In this document: piece after piece, positions 39,696 through 51,313 of the stretch | Position numbering within the stretch: position 1 is the first letter of the stretch | How the letters are laid out: the number at the start of each line of letters is the position of its first letter | Assembly: GCA_963770835.1 (NCBI GenBank) | Contig: CAVYRH010000004.1 | Coordinates: forward strand, 166,515 to 230,514 | Length of the DNA: 64,000 nt | Direction of reading: 5' to 3' | Origin: an uncultured Pseudomonadota bacterium | Lineage (GTDB): Bacteria > Oederibacteriota > Muellerivitia > Muellerivitales > Muellerivitaceae | The notes under the pieces: model-generated | Told to the model about the DNA's origin: nothing | Databases searched by the model: none | The model's input: only the letters and a program-made list of their open reading frames with translations | Translations under genes and position numbers: made by a program

Positions 39696-41189
39696 GTGGA
39701 AATATTCGGGCAACATTTAGGTTTGGGGCATGTTATTTTCCTACTTTTCGCGTTGGGGTTGGCGCTCAGCTTCGAGTTCGTCAACGGCTTCCACGATACA
39801 GCCAACGCCGTGGCCACTGTCATTTACACCCATACGTTGAAACCTTGGATCGCGGTGGTCTGGTCCGGCTTGTGGAACCTCACGGGCGTTTTGACTTCCA
39901 GCGGCATGGTGGCCTTCGGGGTCATCGCCCTTTTACCCGTGGAATTGGTTATCCACGTAGGTTCGGCCCCGGGCTTCGCCATGGTCTTCTCCCTGCTCAT
40001 TTCCGCCATTATCTGGAACGTGGGCACCTGGTATTTCGGCCTTCCGGCCTCCAGCTCCCACACTCTCATCGGTTCCATTATGGGTGTGGGTCTGGCCAAC
40101 GCCATGATGTCCCCCGGCCATGTTTTCGGTGAGGGGGTCAACTGGGCCAAAGCCAAGGATGTCGGGATGGCACTTCTCGTCTCCCCGATTGTCGGTTTTG
40201 TCTGCGCGGGCCTGCTTCTTTTGATCTTCAAGGCGCTTATCAAGCGAAAAGACCTTTACGAATCCCCCAAAAAAGACGCTCCACCCCCCCTCTGGATTCG
40301 AATCCTTCTCATTCTTACTTGTACGGGAGTCAGCTTCTCCCACGGTTCCAACGACGGTCAAAAGGGTATGGGACTCATCATGCTGATCCTTATCGGCGTA
40401 GTCCCGGCCACCTTCGCGGTTAACCTAGACACCAGCCAGCAGGCCCTCCTGGATCTCGCAGCCACCACCCAAACCATCTCCTTCCAAATGGACAAGCACT
40501 CCCCCGGCGCGGCCATGGCGGGCGGCCCGGTGGCGGACCAGATGATTTCCGACTACATTAAAGCCTCGGGCAAAATTTCAAATGACACCTTCGCTGCCAT
40601 CGGAACCAAATGCAGGGAAATTTCCGCCGAATTGGAAGGTAAGAAAAGCCTGAATGAACTCTCGGAAGACGGCCGCAGGGGCCTGCGAAATGACCTTTAC
40701 CTGACATCGGAAGCCTTAGGCAAAGCTTTGAAACAGAACTTGTTGACCGATCCAGCAGAACAAAAGTCGGTTAAGGATCTGAAAGGACACATGGACAAAC
40801 TCACTAAGTTCATCCCGGTCTGGGTGAAATTCGCCGTGGCCTTGGCTCTGGGATTGGGGACCATGATCGGCTGGAAGCGCATCGTGGTGACGGTGGGCGA
40901 AAAAATCGGGAAAGCCCATTTGACCTATGCACAAGGGGCCTCGGCAGAACTGGTGGCCTTTGCCACCATTCAAGCGGCGGACATTTGGGGCCTACCTGTC
41001 AGTACAACCCATATCCTCTCTTCCGGCATCGCCGGCACCATGGCGGCCAACCGGTCGGGGTTGCAGTCGAAGACCCTGATGAATATTCTCATGGCCTGGG
41101 TCCTCACCCTGCCGGTTTGTATGCTCCTGGGTGGCGCTATCTTCGCCTTCACCTTGAACGTGGTTTTCCACGCGTTTGGGATTAAATAA
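39696..41189 (+). CDS. pit: Inorganic phosphate transporter, PiT (PHO4) family
   Basis: Duplicated GFHDTANAVATV / GSNDGQKGMG motifs. 497 aa with a large central loop. Confidence 0.88.
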   Translation: MEIFGQHLGLGHVIFLLFALGLALSFEFVNGFHDTANAVATVIYTHTLKPWIAVVWSGLWNLTGVLTSSGMVAFGVIALLPVELVIHVGSAPGFAMVFSLLISAIIWNVGTWYFGLPASSSHTLIGSIMGVGLANAMMSPGHVFGEGVNWAKAKDVGMALLVSPIVGFVCAGLLLLIFKALIKRKDLYESPKKDAPPPLWIRILLILTCTGVSFSHGSNDGQKGMGLIMLILIGVVPATFAVNLDTSQQALLDLAATTQTISFQMDKHSPGAAMAGGPVADQMISDYIKASGKISNDTFAAIGTKCREISAELEGKKSLNELSEDGRRGLRNDLYLTSEALGKALKQNLLTDPAEQKSVKDLKGHMDKLTKFIPVWVKFAVALALGLGTMIGWKRIVVTVGEKIGKAHLTYAQGASAELVAFATIQAADIWGLPVSTTHILSSGIAGTMAANRSGLQSKTLMNILMAWVLTLPVCMLLGGAIFAFTLNVVFHAFGIK

Positions 41190-41204
41190 GGCTCGAAAAT
41201 TCTC

Positions 41205-41558
41205 TTGAAATCCGGGTCGAGGGGGAAAAAAGGGCGCGGGAAGGACCCGAAAGCCTCTCCACGCCTCAGCCTGGCGGGGCAGGCGATTAACTTCATTTCC
41301 TTGGTGGAGCATCTCCCTTACGGCGCCAGCATGCTACAGGAAAAAAAGGTAGCACGGGGCGCCATGGGTTTTGGAATCCTGGTCATGGCCGTTGGGGCCG
41401 CCATCTTTACCATCGGCTGGTGGCAAAAATGGACCTGGCTCGTCGAGACCGCTTTTTTTATCACGTTGGTAGGCTGGATGATGGTCATCCTGGGGTTCGC
41501 CTTCGGTGTAGTGGGATGGGCCGCCCGGACCCTCCCATTTAAAATCCGTGGGAAATAA
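41205..41558 (+). CDS. Small 2-TM membrane protein (hypothetical)
   Basis: ORF downstream of pit. The likely start is MLQEKK (41331). Weak evidence. Confidence 0.3.
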   Translation: MKSGSRGKKGRGKDPKASPRLSLAGQAINFISLVEHLPYGASMLQEKKVARGAMGFGILVMAVGAAIFTIGWWQKWTWLVETAFFITLVGWMMVILGFAFGVVGWAARTLPFKIRGK

Positions 41559-41671
41559 AAGAAAATTGACCTCAGCCTTGAACCCGTTGATTGAGAGGCC
41601 CCAACATCCTTAGCCGGCAAGGGATGGTGTTATAATGGACCTTCTATTGATCTTGTGAGAGGCCCATCTGC

Positions 41672-41899
41672 TTGAAAAAGAGACTCCACATAACCCTGTT
41701 TTTTAGCGCAACTGCCCTTTTGATGGGTTTGCAATCCTGCAACACCAACAACAATAACCCAACGGTCCCCGCGCCTTTGCCGACGAATACCTCGACTTTT
41801 ACCGTTACTCCCACCCACACGATCACGAATACCCCTACCCCTAGGCCCACCCATACCCCAACCCAAACTCCGACCTCCACTCCCACCGCGACCCCTTAA
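41672..41899 (+). CDS. Small PT-repeat lipoprotein (hypothetical)
   Basis: TTG start. Signal peptide with lipobox-like GLQSC, then a pure N/T/P repeat tail. Convergent with giant gene 1. Confidence 0.45.
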   Translation: MKKRLHITLFFSATALLMGLQSCNTNNNNPTVPAPLPTNTSTFTVTPTHTITNTPTPRPTHTPTQTPTSTPTATP

Positions 41900-41981
41900 A
41901 TTTAAATAAGGCGCGCATCGCCAACCTTTTCTCCCTAAACCCCATCTGACGGAACTTTTTAAAGGCCACCCCATCCCCGGC

Positions 41982-43316
41982 TTAGTGACGGACTAGCAGC
42001 TTGGCGGTTTTATAGCCCACATGCCCATTGGGCCCCTCCACGTCCACGACCGCGATATACAGCCCGCTGGCCATTCCTCCCGCGTTCCAAACCGCCTGAT
42101 CCGCTCCAGTGCTCCCTTGGGTAGTCCCCACCAGTTCACCGGCCACGTTGTAAACCCGCACTTTGAGGGTGAATCCCTGGGTTGAATTCACCGTGAAGAC
42201 CGCCGTAGTTTGCCCTCCCGCCAGCACATTGGGCTCCACCAGCAGTTGCCCGGGGACCATTCCCCTTGAGCCGTCCATCACTGATACCTGGCGAGTGACA
42301 ACCTGGTCATTGGGCCCGCTCAGCCAGGAAGCTTCCACGTAGTATTGGCCGTTCGTCACCATGCCGCCCTGGTCATTGGTGCCGTCCCAAACCAATGTCA
42401 CGCTTCCGCCGGAAACAGACACATTGATGGTGATTTGCGACGATGAGGTGGAAGAGGCCGAGACGACACCGGGCGCGACCGTATTGGAGGATAAGTCCAA
42501 GGACTGGATGGTGCTGTTGGAGTTCGACACGATTCCCTGGTAGAGGTGTTTCACGATCTCACCGGCCTCGTTATAAACGGCGACTGAAAGGGTGGAGAGG
42601 GAGCGGTTGACGCTGACGTTCTGGGTGACGGAGGTGACAACACCCAAAGAATCGGTGCTTTGGACCTTGATGAAATACTGGCCGCTGGTGACCTCCGTGC
42701 CATTCTGGGCCGTGCCATCCCAGGAAGCCACCGTCGCATCGAGGATGGAGACGGAAGTGGAAGAAACCTGGTTGGTCAAGGACATGGAGGAGAGTTGGAA
42801 GGAGGAGATGGTTTGGGCGAAGTTCTGGACCAGGAGGGTTTTCACCAGTTCACCCGCCGAATTGTAGACGGCGACCTGGACGGTGATGGGGAAAATTACC
42901 GTCACCGGCGCGGTGACGGACTGGGGCTGTCCTCCCGTCTCTTGCACCTGGGCGTTGTTGAGGAGGACGGTTTGTTCCACCAGGCTGGAAGAAATGGTCA
43001 CGGTGTAGGGAAGCTGGTAGACGCCGGGGGCCAGGGAAGGGAAGGCCCAGGTGAGGACGGGGCCGGTTTGACCCATGGTTTCGCCCGCCACGGCAGGCGA
43101 GGGTTGGCCCATCCCCGCGAAAACCACCTGCGCGGGCAGGGTATCCGTAACTTGGACGTTGGAGGCTGTGGAACCCGAGACGGTCAGCAGGATCCGGTAA
43201 ACCACGGTATCACCGGGATGGGCTGTGGTTTCGGAAGCGATCTTTTGGATTTGGATTCCCGGAGTGGGGGTCGCCGTGTTGGTGGGCGTGGAGGTATAGG
43301 TGGAAGTGGGAGTGAA
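41982..43316 (-). repeat. Paralogous duplication unit A (C-terminal DUF11 plus 3x FlgD-Ig), about 85% identical to 47119-48453
   Basis: The protein C-termini of about 445 aa align nearly colinearly. Nucleotide similarity is visible at the 3' ends of both genes. Confidence 0.8.
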
Positions 43317-46300
43317 AGTGAAGGTGAGGGTCGGTGTAAAGGTGTCAGTGGAAGTGGGCGTAAGCGTAGTGGTGGAGGTCGGTGTAAAGGTCGATGTCCG
43401 GGTGGGCGAGTCCGTCGGCGTCGAGGTGGCGGTCATGGTTGGCGTAAGGGTGGGTGTGGAGGTGTCCGTAACCGTCGCGGTTGGGGTCGCGGTGAAGGTT
43501 GAGGTTAAGGTGGATGTGACGGTGGCCGTTGGCGTGGCAGTCGAGGTCAAGGTAGCGGTGGAGCTGGGGGTGAAAGTTGGGGTGGCCGTAGGAGTGGCCG
43601 TTTCCGTAGACGTGAAAGTGAGGGTGGGCGTGGAAGTCGCCGTAAAGGTGGGCGTGGCGGTGGGCGTAGAAGAAGGCGTGGTGGTGGGGGAATTCGTCGG
43701 CGTATCCGTGGGAGTGGAGGTGGGCAGGGGGGTTGTGGTATTCGTGGGCGTGTTGGTGGCCGTGGCGGTGGAAGTGTTGGTGGGAGTTAAGGTGGGTGTG
43801 GAGGTCGGCGTCGCGGTCGCAGTGGATGTGGGAGTGGCTGTGGGGGTGTAAGAGGGGGTTGGGGTCATCGTGCTAGTGGGGGTGGCCGTCGGGGATGGGG
43901 TCGGGGTATGGGTGACGGTATTCGTGGCAGTGGCTGTCGCAGTGTTGGTCGGAGTTAAAGTCGGCGTCGTGGTCGCCGTGAAAGAAGGTGTCGAAGAAGG
44001 CGTAGGCGTGGGGGTATTCGTCGGCGTATTCGTGGGGGTGGAGGTGGGCAGAGGGGTTGTGGTGTTCGTGGGCGTGTTGGTGGCCGTGGCGGTGGAAGTG
44101 TTGGTGGGAGTTAAGGTGGGTGTAGAAGTCGGAGTCGCTGTGGCGGTGGAAGTGGGGGAATCCGTGGGGGTACGGGTAGCTGTCAGTGTCGTGGTGTTCG
44201 TCGGAGTGGCCGTCGGGGACGGGGTAGGGGTGTTGGTGGCGGTATTTGAAGGGGTATTGGTCGCGGTAAAGGTGGAAGTCATCGTTGCCGTGGAAGTGGC
44301 CGTGGAAGTGGGCGTGGAGGAAGGCGTGGCGGTGGGGGAATTGGTCGGCGTATTCGTAGGGGTGGAGGTGGGGATGGGCGTTGTGGTGTTTGTGGCCGTC
44401 GGGGTAGCTGTGGCAGTGGCGGAACTGGTCGGGGTCAGGGTGGCCGTGGCGGTTGAAGTATTCGTCGGCGTGTTGCTCGGCGTGTTGGTTGGTGTGTTCG
44501 TCGGGGTGGCCGTAGGGCTGTTGGAAGGGGTTGGGGTGGGCGTGTTGGTCGGAGTGTTGGTGGGCGTATTGGTCGTGGTGGCTGTGGGGGTGTTGGTGGG
44601 TGTATTGGTGGGAGTGTTGGGCAGGGTGTTGGTCGGAGTGTTGGTGGGGGTATTGGTTGGAGTGGCCGTGGGGGTGTTGGTTGGCGTTAAAGTCGGCGTA
44701 TTGGTGGGGGTTGGGGTATCGGTGACTGTCGGCGTGTCCGTGGGCGTGGCCGAGGGGGTGTTGGTGGGCGTGCAGGTGTATCCCACGTTATTGGTCACGG
44801 CGTTGGATAAGAGAGTGGAAGGCTGGGTCTCAAAATTTTCCTCCTCGGCGATATTGGTCACAACCCCGGAACAGGTTCCCGCCGGCAGGGCTCCGACGGT
44901 GACACTGAAGGAAAGGGTTCCCGAAACGCCCGCTGCCAGGTAGTTGATCTGCCAGAGCAAATCCTGCCCCACCAGGGCGGTGACAGGCTGGTAGGGATTG
45001 CTGGTGACCGAATTGGAAAGAAGGTTTGTCCCGGTCGGGATCGTGTCGTTGATTACAACGCCGTCGATGGCGGAGGTGCCGGTATTCTTATAGGCCAGGG
45101 TGTAAGTGATGGTCTGTCCCTGGTTCACCTGGCCGGCCGGGTTGTTGGACTTGGCCAGGGTAATGCTGGGGTTGGGGCAGGAAATCCACTGGGGACAGTC
45201 GAAGTAGCCCCATCCATAATGGCCGCCTTCGCCGCAGTCATATTCGCTCACGACGATGGTGCATTGCTGGCCCGCGTATTGGCACAGGTTGAAGGTATAG
45301 GGGGTCCAGGGAAAAACCCCCCAGTTCGTCCCGTTGGAGGGGTTCACCTGGCAGCCGCCCGCCGCGCCGACCGTTCCGGCGTTGTTCCCCACCAAGCCGT
45401 CCAGGGTCACCAGGCCCGACCCGACCAGGTACTGCCAATTGAGCAGCAGGTCGTAAACCTGCAGGCCGCCCGCGCCGCATTGGCCCCCGCCGATATAAAC
45501 CTGGACCTCCAGGTAGGCGTCGTCGTTGGGGTTGCCCGGATTGTTGAGGTAGTGGTAATTCTCGAAAACACCCGCCAGCTCAAACGACAGGCAGCAAGAA
45601 CCGTTGGTTGGAACCGTTGAACTGGTGCAGACCCGGGCGTAATCGCCATGGTTCGTGTCCCCCCGGCCCGAGAAAAGCTGGTAGGCGCTGGGCTGGCCGG
45701 CCGGGACCGTGTTTAGGAGCCCGTTCGAGTTGGGGGCTATCCCGGGACCCACGGGGACGGCCACCGGGTTGCATGCTACGTTGGCGCCCGTATTAATAAG
45801 GGAGGTCCAATTCGTAAATTCGCTTGAACAGGCATTGGGCCAGGGGATGGGAGTGAAAGTCGGCGTAAAAGTGGAGGTGGAAGTAAAGGTTGGCGTGGGA
45901 GTGTGGGTGAAGGTTGGAGTGAAAGATGCCGTCGGGGTAGAGGTGGGCGTGGCCGTATCGGTCAGGGTGAAAGAGGAAGTGGGCGTGGAAGTGGAGCTAA
46001 GGGTGGCCGTACTGGTAGGAGTGAAGCTGGCCGTCGGCGTGAAGGTTGAAGTCGGAGTGGAGGTGCCTGTGTTTGTCGGTGTCACCGTCGGGGAATTGGA
46101 GGCTGTGGGAGTGGGTGTGGCGGTATTCGTGGGAGTGACCGTCGCGGTGTTGGTTGAAGTCGGAGTCTGCGTTGAAGTTGATGTGGAAGTGGGACTGGGG
46201 GTAGCCGTGCCGGTCGGGGTGTCAGTGAAGATGGCCGTATTGGTCAGCGTGAATGTGAAGGTCGGAGTGGGGCTGGGCGTGTCCGTTGGGGACGCCATGG

Positions 46301-46429
46301 GCGTCGAGGTTGAAGTATCGGTGGGGGAATCGGACGGGGTTAAGGTCTGGGACCTCACCGGCGCGACCGCGAGGAAAGCCAGGGTCGTCAAGATCCATAA
46401 GACCGATCTTACTGGGGACAGTTGTATCA
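41982..46429 (-). CDS. Giant secreted surface protein: signal peptide, PT array, beta-sandwich N-domain, DUF11, 480-aa PT linker, DUF11, 3x FlgD-Ig/T9SS-CTD-like modules
   Basis: ORF open to 46544. The probable start is ATG 46429 (MSEMIQL..) after AGAAGGA. DUF11 motif [23 protein letters not shown].. and C-terminal VRVYNVAGELV...GLYIAVV. Confidence 0.85.
43320..44780 (-). repeat. Long PT-linker codon tandem repeat (ACN-CCN)n, about 1.45 kb
   Basis: Encodes TPTNTPTATPTNTPTNT... The plus strand reads as GVGV artefact ORFs. Confidence 0.85.
45842..46337 (-). repeat. N-terminal PT/ST low-complexity array of giant protein 1
   Basis: SPTDTSTSTPMASPTDTPSPTPTFTFT... directly after the signal peptide. 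Confidence 0.75.
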
Positions 46430-47118
46430 TCTCCGACATTTCAGTCCTTCTTTCGGATTCTAAAAGCCTCTCTGAAACGGGCCTGTTGATTGAACGGAAT
46501 CGGGGGTGTCCAGCGGCAACCAGACGGGCGATTAGGAGGAACAAATGGAAAGATATTTTCTTTTGTTTTTTGCATTAGATAGTTCGAAAAACCACCAAAG
46601 TAATGTGGAAATTCTTCCAACATTCCCTTTTAAATGGGAACGCCCGGAATGGACGCGAATAGGGAATGACGCGATTTCATTCTGAAATCTTCCCGTCTTT
46701 CTGGTTTCCAAAAACGCCTCCTCCATTCGGTTCGCCGGAAATTTTCCGGTGGACACGGAAAAGGGTGACATTTCGACTCTCTCCCCTAAATGAGCACGTT
46801 CAATGCCAGTTCAAAGCGAGTCATGTTTCAAAAAAGAAAATTTGTCCTGGGAAGCGGGTGGAGTAAAACGAGTAAAAATGTCTTAAACACGTCCGAGTTG
46901 TATTTTTTTTGAAAAAGATAACGGCAAATTAATTTGGACGGGAAATTCCTCCTTTTGAAACCGATTGAAATTTTTACATCCGCCGGTTTTTTTAACATCC
47001 CACAGGTGGTATCTAAGAGAACTAGTAGAAAAACCCCTTAAATCGGTTATTTCCCCCCGAATCCGCCTTTATCGTGTTCATCGGTGTTTCACTGACCCCA
47101 TTTTTGCCTGGGTTTGGT

Positions 47119-48453
47119 TTAATGCCGCACCACCAGCTTGGTGGTTTTGTAGACGACATGCCCATTTGGCCCCTCCAAGTCCACCACGGCGATATATAAC
47201 CCGCTTGCCATTCCCCCCGCGTTCCAAACCGCCTGGTCCGCCCCGGAAGGCCCCTGAACCGCCCCCACCAGTTCGCCAGCCACGTCATAAACCCGCACCC
47301 TCAGGGTGAAACCTTGGGCCGAATCCACCGTGAAGACAGCGGCTGTTTGTCCGCCGGCCAGTACATTGGGCTCCACCAACAGCTGACCCGGAACCATCCC
47401 CCGGGATCCGTCCACCACCGATACCTGCTGGGTGACGACTTGGTCGTCCCCGCCGTTCAACCAGGAGGCTTCCACGTAATATTGGCCGTTGGTCACCATG
47501 CCGCCCTGGTCATTGGTGCCGTCCCAGGCCAGCGTCACGCCGGCCCCGGCCATGGCGACCAAAACCGTAATGGACGAGGAGGAAGGAGAAACGGTAGGGG
47601 AACCAGGAGTAACCACGGTGGAGGACAAAACCACGGACTGGATGGTATTGCTGTTGCTTGGCACGATCCCCTGGTAAAGATGTTTCACCACTTCGCCCGT
47701 CTCGTTGTAAACGGCCACGGAGAGGGTGGAAAGGGATCGGTTGACGCCGACGGTCCGGGTGACGGTGGTGACTACGCCGAGGGAGTCGGTGCTTTGGACC
47801 TTGATGAAATACTGGCCGTTGGTGACCTCCGTGCCGTTCTGGGCCGTGCCGTCCCAAGTTGCCACCACGCCAAGGATGGAGACGGCGACGGAGGAAACCT
47901 GGTTGGTCAAGGACGTAGAGGAGAGTTGGAAGGAAGAGATGGTTTGGGCGAAGTTCTGAACCAAGAGAGTTTTCACCAATTCACCAACCGAATTGTAAAC
48001 CGCGACCTGGACGGTGATGGGAAAAACCACAGTGACCGGCGCGGTGACGGACTGCGGCCGGCCACCGGAGAAGACTACTTGGGCATTGTTTAAGAGCACG
48101 GTTTGCTCCACGAGGGTGGAGGAGACGGCGACCGTATAGGGCAGCTGGTAGACACCGGGGTTCAAGGAAGGGAAAGACCAAGCGAGGACAGAGCCGTTTT
48201 CGCCCATAGCCTCACCCACCACGGAAGGCGAGGGCTGGCCCAGGCCCAAGAAAGCAACCTGAGCGGGCAGGGTGTCGGTAACTTGGACGTTGGAGGCGGT
48301 GGAGCCGGAAACGGACAGGAGGATTTTGTAGGTGAGGGTGTCCCCCGGGTGGGCGGAGGTTTCGGAGGCGGATTTTTGGATTTGGATGCCGGGCGTGGGG
48401 GTGGAAGTGTTGGTGGGAGTGGGCGTAAAGGTGAAGGTGAGGGTGGGGGTGAA
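47119..48453 (-). repeat. Paralogous duplication unit B (matches 41982-43316)
   Basis: Same as above. Confidence 0.8.
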
Positions 48454-49950
48454 GGTATCCGTGGGAGTGGGCGTGAGCGTGGGTGTGAAGGTGGGTGTGA
48501 AGGTCGGGGTTTTCGTGGGAGTGGCGCTTGGAGTGGGCGTATCGGTATTCGTGAAGGTATAGGTGGGTGTAGGGGTTGGGGTGTTTGTGGGTGTAAGGGT
48601 TGGGGTGTTGGAAGAGGTGTTGGTGGGGCTGTTGGTCGGGGTGTTGGTGGAGGTAGAGGTGTCCGTCATGGTGGGCGTGGATGTGGAAGTGGCCGTGGCG
48701 GTTGACGTTGGGGATAAAGTGGGAGTCCAGGTTAAGGTCACGGTGGGTGTTAAAGTGACTGTGAAAGTATTGGTGGCAGTGCCGGTATTGGTGCTCGTGG
48801 CCGTGGCGGTGAAGGTCGGCGGACAGCCAACGACCGTATTCGTAACGGCGTTGGAGATGAGCCCGGCGGTTTCCAGGTCGGACTCAACGGCGGTGTTGGG
48901 GATGTCCCCACAAGTGGAGCCAGCCACCACCTGGAAGGAGACGGTCCCGGTGTTGCCCGGATAAAGGTATCCGACGTCCCAAATCAGGTCATTGCCGATC
49001 ATGGCGGTGGCGGGGATGCTGGGACTGCTCCCCATGGACCCGGGGACGAAGGCCGTGCCCGTAGGGACGGTATCGTTGATCACCACTCCGTCGATGGGCG
49101 AGGTGCCCGTATTGGCGTAAGACAAGGTATAGGTGATGGTTTGGCCCTGGTTTACCTGGCCCGTAGGGCTATTGGCCTTAGTGAGGGTAATGCTGGGGGA
49201 GGGACAGACCCCCCAACTGACGTCGTCCAAATAGCCCAGGCCGAAATGCCCTCCCGCCACGCAGTCGTAATCGGTGACGCGCAATGTGGCCTGCTGGCCC
49301 GCGTATTTGCAGAGGTTGATGGTGTATTGGGTCCAGGGAAGGTAGCCGAAATCGTTGCCGCCATCATTGCCACCCCCCCCACCGCCTGCGTCCTGGCAGA
49401 AGCCGGTGTTTCCGACTCCCGTCAAGCCATTCACCACCACCTGGCCCAAGGTATTGGACCAGGTGTAGCGCAAGCTGGCCACCGTCGTGCCCCCGACGAG
49501 GACTTCCACTAAAAGATAAGTGTCCCCAGCCAGGTCGCCTTGCAAGTAATGGTGGTCCTCAAAAACAGCGGCGAACCAGAAAGAAAGGCAGCAGGTACCG
49601 TCAGTCGGCACCGTATCGGTTTGATAGATCTGGGCCCAGTCGGCGTGGTTATTGTCGCCACGGGCCGAAAAGAGCTGGGCGGCGTAGTTGCCGGTGTGGA
49701 CCTGGTTCAAACCGGCGGGGGCCAGGGGGCCGGCGGAATCGGGCGCGACGCCCACGGGAACCACGGTGACACTGGGCGGGGCGCAAACTACGTTGGGGCC
49801 CGAGGCGATCGCGGTGGTCCAGCCGGTCAGGTTGCCCGTTTCAAAACCGGGGTTCACCCAGGCTTGCGCGCTGGAGAAACCCGAGGCCGTGAAGAGCAAT
49901 GGCAATAGGAAGGTTCGCGAGGAAGAGAAAAGACTCATTAGTTTTGACAT
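47119..49950 (-). CDS. Giant secreted surface protein, paralog 2: signal peptide, beta-sandwich N-domain, DUF11, PT linker, DUF11, 3x FlgD-Ig/T9SS-CTD-like modules
   Basis: 943 aa. Signal peptide ..GFSSAQA. N-domain [10 protein letters not shown] (CBM-like). Same architecture as gene 1 but with a short PT linker. Confidence 0.88.
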   Translation of the reverse strand: MSKLMSLFSSSRTFLLPLLFTASGFSSAQAWVNPGFETGNLTGWTTAIASGPNVVCAPPSVTVVPVGVAPDSAGPLAPAGLNQVHTGNYAAQLFSARGDNNHADWAQIYQTDTVPTDGTCCLSFWFAAVFEDHHYLQGDLAGDTYLLVEVLVGGTTVASLRYTWSNTLGQVVVNGLTGVGNTGFCQDAGGGGGGNDGGNDFGYLPWTQYTINLCKYAGQQATLRVTDYDCVAGGHFGLGYLDDVSWGVCPSPSITLTKANSPTGQVNQGQTITYTLSYANTGTSPIDGVVINDTVPTGTAFVPGSMGSSPSIPATAMIGNDLIWDVGYLYPGNTGTVSFQVVAGSTCGDIPNTAVESDLETAGLISNAVTNTVVGCPPTFTATATSTNTGTATNTFTVTLTPTVTLTWTPTLSPTSTATATSTSTPTMTDTSTSTNTPTNSPTNTSSNTPTLTPTNTPTPTPTYTFTNTDTPTPSATPTKTPTFTPTFTPTLTPTPTDTFTPTLTFTFTPTPTNTSTPTPGIQIQKSASETSAHPGDTLTYKILLSVSGSTASNVQVTDTLPAQVAFLGLGQPSPSVVGEAMGENGSVLAWSFPSLNPGVYQLPYTVAVSSTLVEQTVLLNNAQVVFSGGRPQSVTAPVTVVFPITVQVAVYNSVGELVKTLLVQNFAQTISSFQLSSTSLTNQVSSVAVSILGVVATWDGTAQNGTEVTNGQYFIKVQSTDSLGVVTTVTRTVGVNRSLSTLSVAVYNETGEVVKHLYQGIVPSNSNTIQSVVLSSTVVTPGSPTVSPSSSSITVLVAMAGAGVTLAWDGTNDQGGMVTNGQYYVEASWLNGGDDQVVTQQVSVVDGSRGMVPGQLLVEPNVLAGGQTAAVFTVDSAQGFTLRVRVYDVAGELVGAVQGPSGADQAVWNAGGMASGLYIAVVDLEGPNGHVVYKTTKLVVRH
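48438..48828 (-). repeat. PT-linker tandem repeat in paralog 2
   Basis: [49 protein letters not shown]... Confidence 0.8.
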
Positions 49951-50494
49951 ATCCCTGCGCCTCGGCGTTTAACAAATGGTTTTTTCAAAAAAGTTAAGTT
50001 TGTGATTATGAGAATTTTTTTTGGACCAACATCACTGGCTATTGCGACCCTACCACCGGAAAATGAAAGAGTACAAGCGGCCATTCCAAAATTTTACCGG
50101 GAAGTAAAAATATTTTTGCATCCAGGGAGTTAAACGAAATGGAGTGCCGTAGATTTGTCCGAAATTTTTTTTGACCCTGATCACGCAGTAAAACGAAAGT
50201 AAATGGCGTGCTTAACGATTTTAGAAAAAACGATACCGGTTAATTTTCGAAAAAAACGTTTTCGGATTTTTTCTCCGCGAACAGCCGGCAAAAAATCGAA
50301 AGTTAATCGCCTTTAAATCGGAGTGCTGCGAAAATTATTTCACTGGTTTTTTAATGACATGATGGGAAGGATTCCTTTGGGTGGCGGCATAATTCACCGA
50401 TTTTTAATGGGTAATTTCCCGTTGACGGAAACTAAGGGTTGACACGAAGATAAAAGCCGAAAGATCGGCCCTTCGGCCCATTAGGAGAAAGTCC

Positions 50495-50905
50495 TTGGCG
50501 GGTTATTCCCAAACACCCCTTCTGAAGAAACTTGGGATCAAAGGCGAGTTCCGCATGGCTGTCCTTAACGCCCCCCAGGACTATTTCAAATGGTTGGGCC
50601 AACTGCCGCCGGGCGTCCAAGTTGTTTCTTTTCCCAAGGGAGAAATGGATTTCATCCATTTTTTTACCAAGAACCGCAAGGAATATGAAAAGAGATTGGT
50701 GGACTTTAAAAAAGCCGTAGCGCAGGACGGTATGATCTGGGTTTCCTGGCCCAAAGCGGCCTCCAAAGTGCCAACGGACGTGACGGAAAAGGTGGTACGT
50801 GAATACGCCTTAAAGATCAGCCTGGTGGACATCAAGGTCTGCGCGGTGGATGAAACCTGGTCGGGTTTGAAACTGGTGATTCCGGTGAAAGACCGTAAAA
50901 AATGA
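50495..50905 (+). CDS. DUF3052-family protein
   Basis: MAGYSQTPLLKKLGIK...WVSWPKAASKVPTDVTEKVVREYALKISLVDIKVCAVDETWSGLK matches DUF3052 conservation. Confidence 0.7.
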   Translation: MAGYSQTPLLKKLGIKGEFRMAVLNAPQDYFKWLGQLPPGVQVVSFPKGEMDFIHFFTKNRKEYEKRLVDFKKAVAQDGMIWVSWPKAASKVPTDVTEKVVREYALKISLVDIKVCAVDETWSGLKLVIPVKDRKK

Positions 50906-51276
50906 ACGAGGCCCTATCGCCAATTGGACTTAGGCTTGGCAATATCAATTGTTGGTCGGCAATCGGGGATTGTTCTTTGTTAGCCTTGATTTATTGATTT
51001 TCTCAAACTTACACTCAAATGCCGTTAGATATTTGGGTGTAAGTTTTTTTGGTTATGGAGTGTATTTATGTTTTTTCAAAAAAACAAAAAGGCCGCACCC
51101 ACCCGTTTATCCTTTGGGAGAACAAACCGCTTCAGCTTTAGACTAAAGACTTCGAAGCCACGGAGAGAGTTGTGACTTTTCCTTTCGGAAGGTGCGGTTA
51201 AATTTAATTTAAAAACGAAGGGATAGATTTCAAGGGGGAGGGGGGAGAACCGCAAAATTTTCAAAGGGAATAAAAA

Positions 51277-51313
51277 CCCTCAACTGCCGCCAGGCAGTTG
51301 AGGGTTTTTATTT
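51277..51313. terminator. Bidirectional rho-independent terminator (12-bp perfect stem CCCTCAACTGCC / GGCAGTTGAGGG)
   Basis: A-tract upstream and TTTTTATTT downstream. Lies 370 bp from the nearest annotated gene end. Confidence 0.8.

Noticed and set aside
43300-44943. Plus-strand ORFs encoding Gly/Val repeats (43300-43851, 43870-44943, 44531-44725)
   Set aside because: These are antisense reading of the PT-linker codon repeat of giant gene 1. They have no start context and pure low complexity.
45709-46578. 289-aa plus-strand ORF rich in VGVKV repeats
   Set aside because: It is the antisense shadow of the N-terminal PT/ST array and signal region of giant gene 1.
48103-48964. Plus-strand Gly-rich ORFs (48103-48705, 48563-48964) and others in 47314-48093
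   Set aside because: Antisense to giant gene 2 (PT linker and Ig modules). High-GC artefacts.
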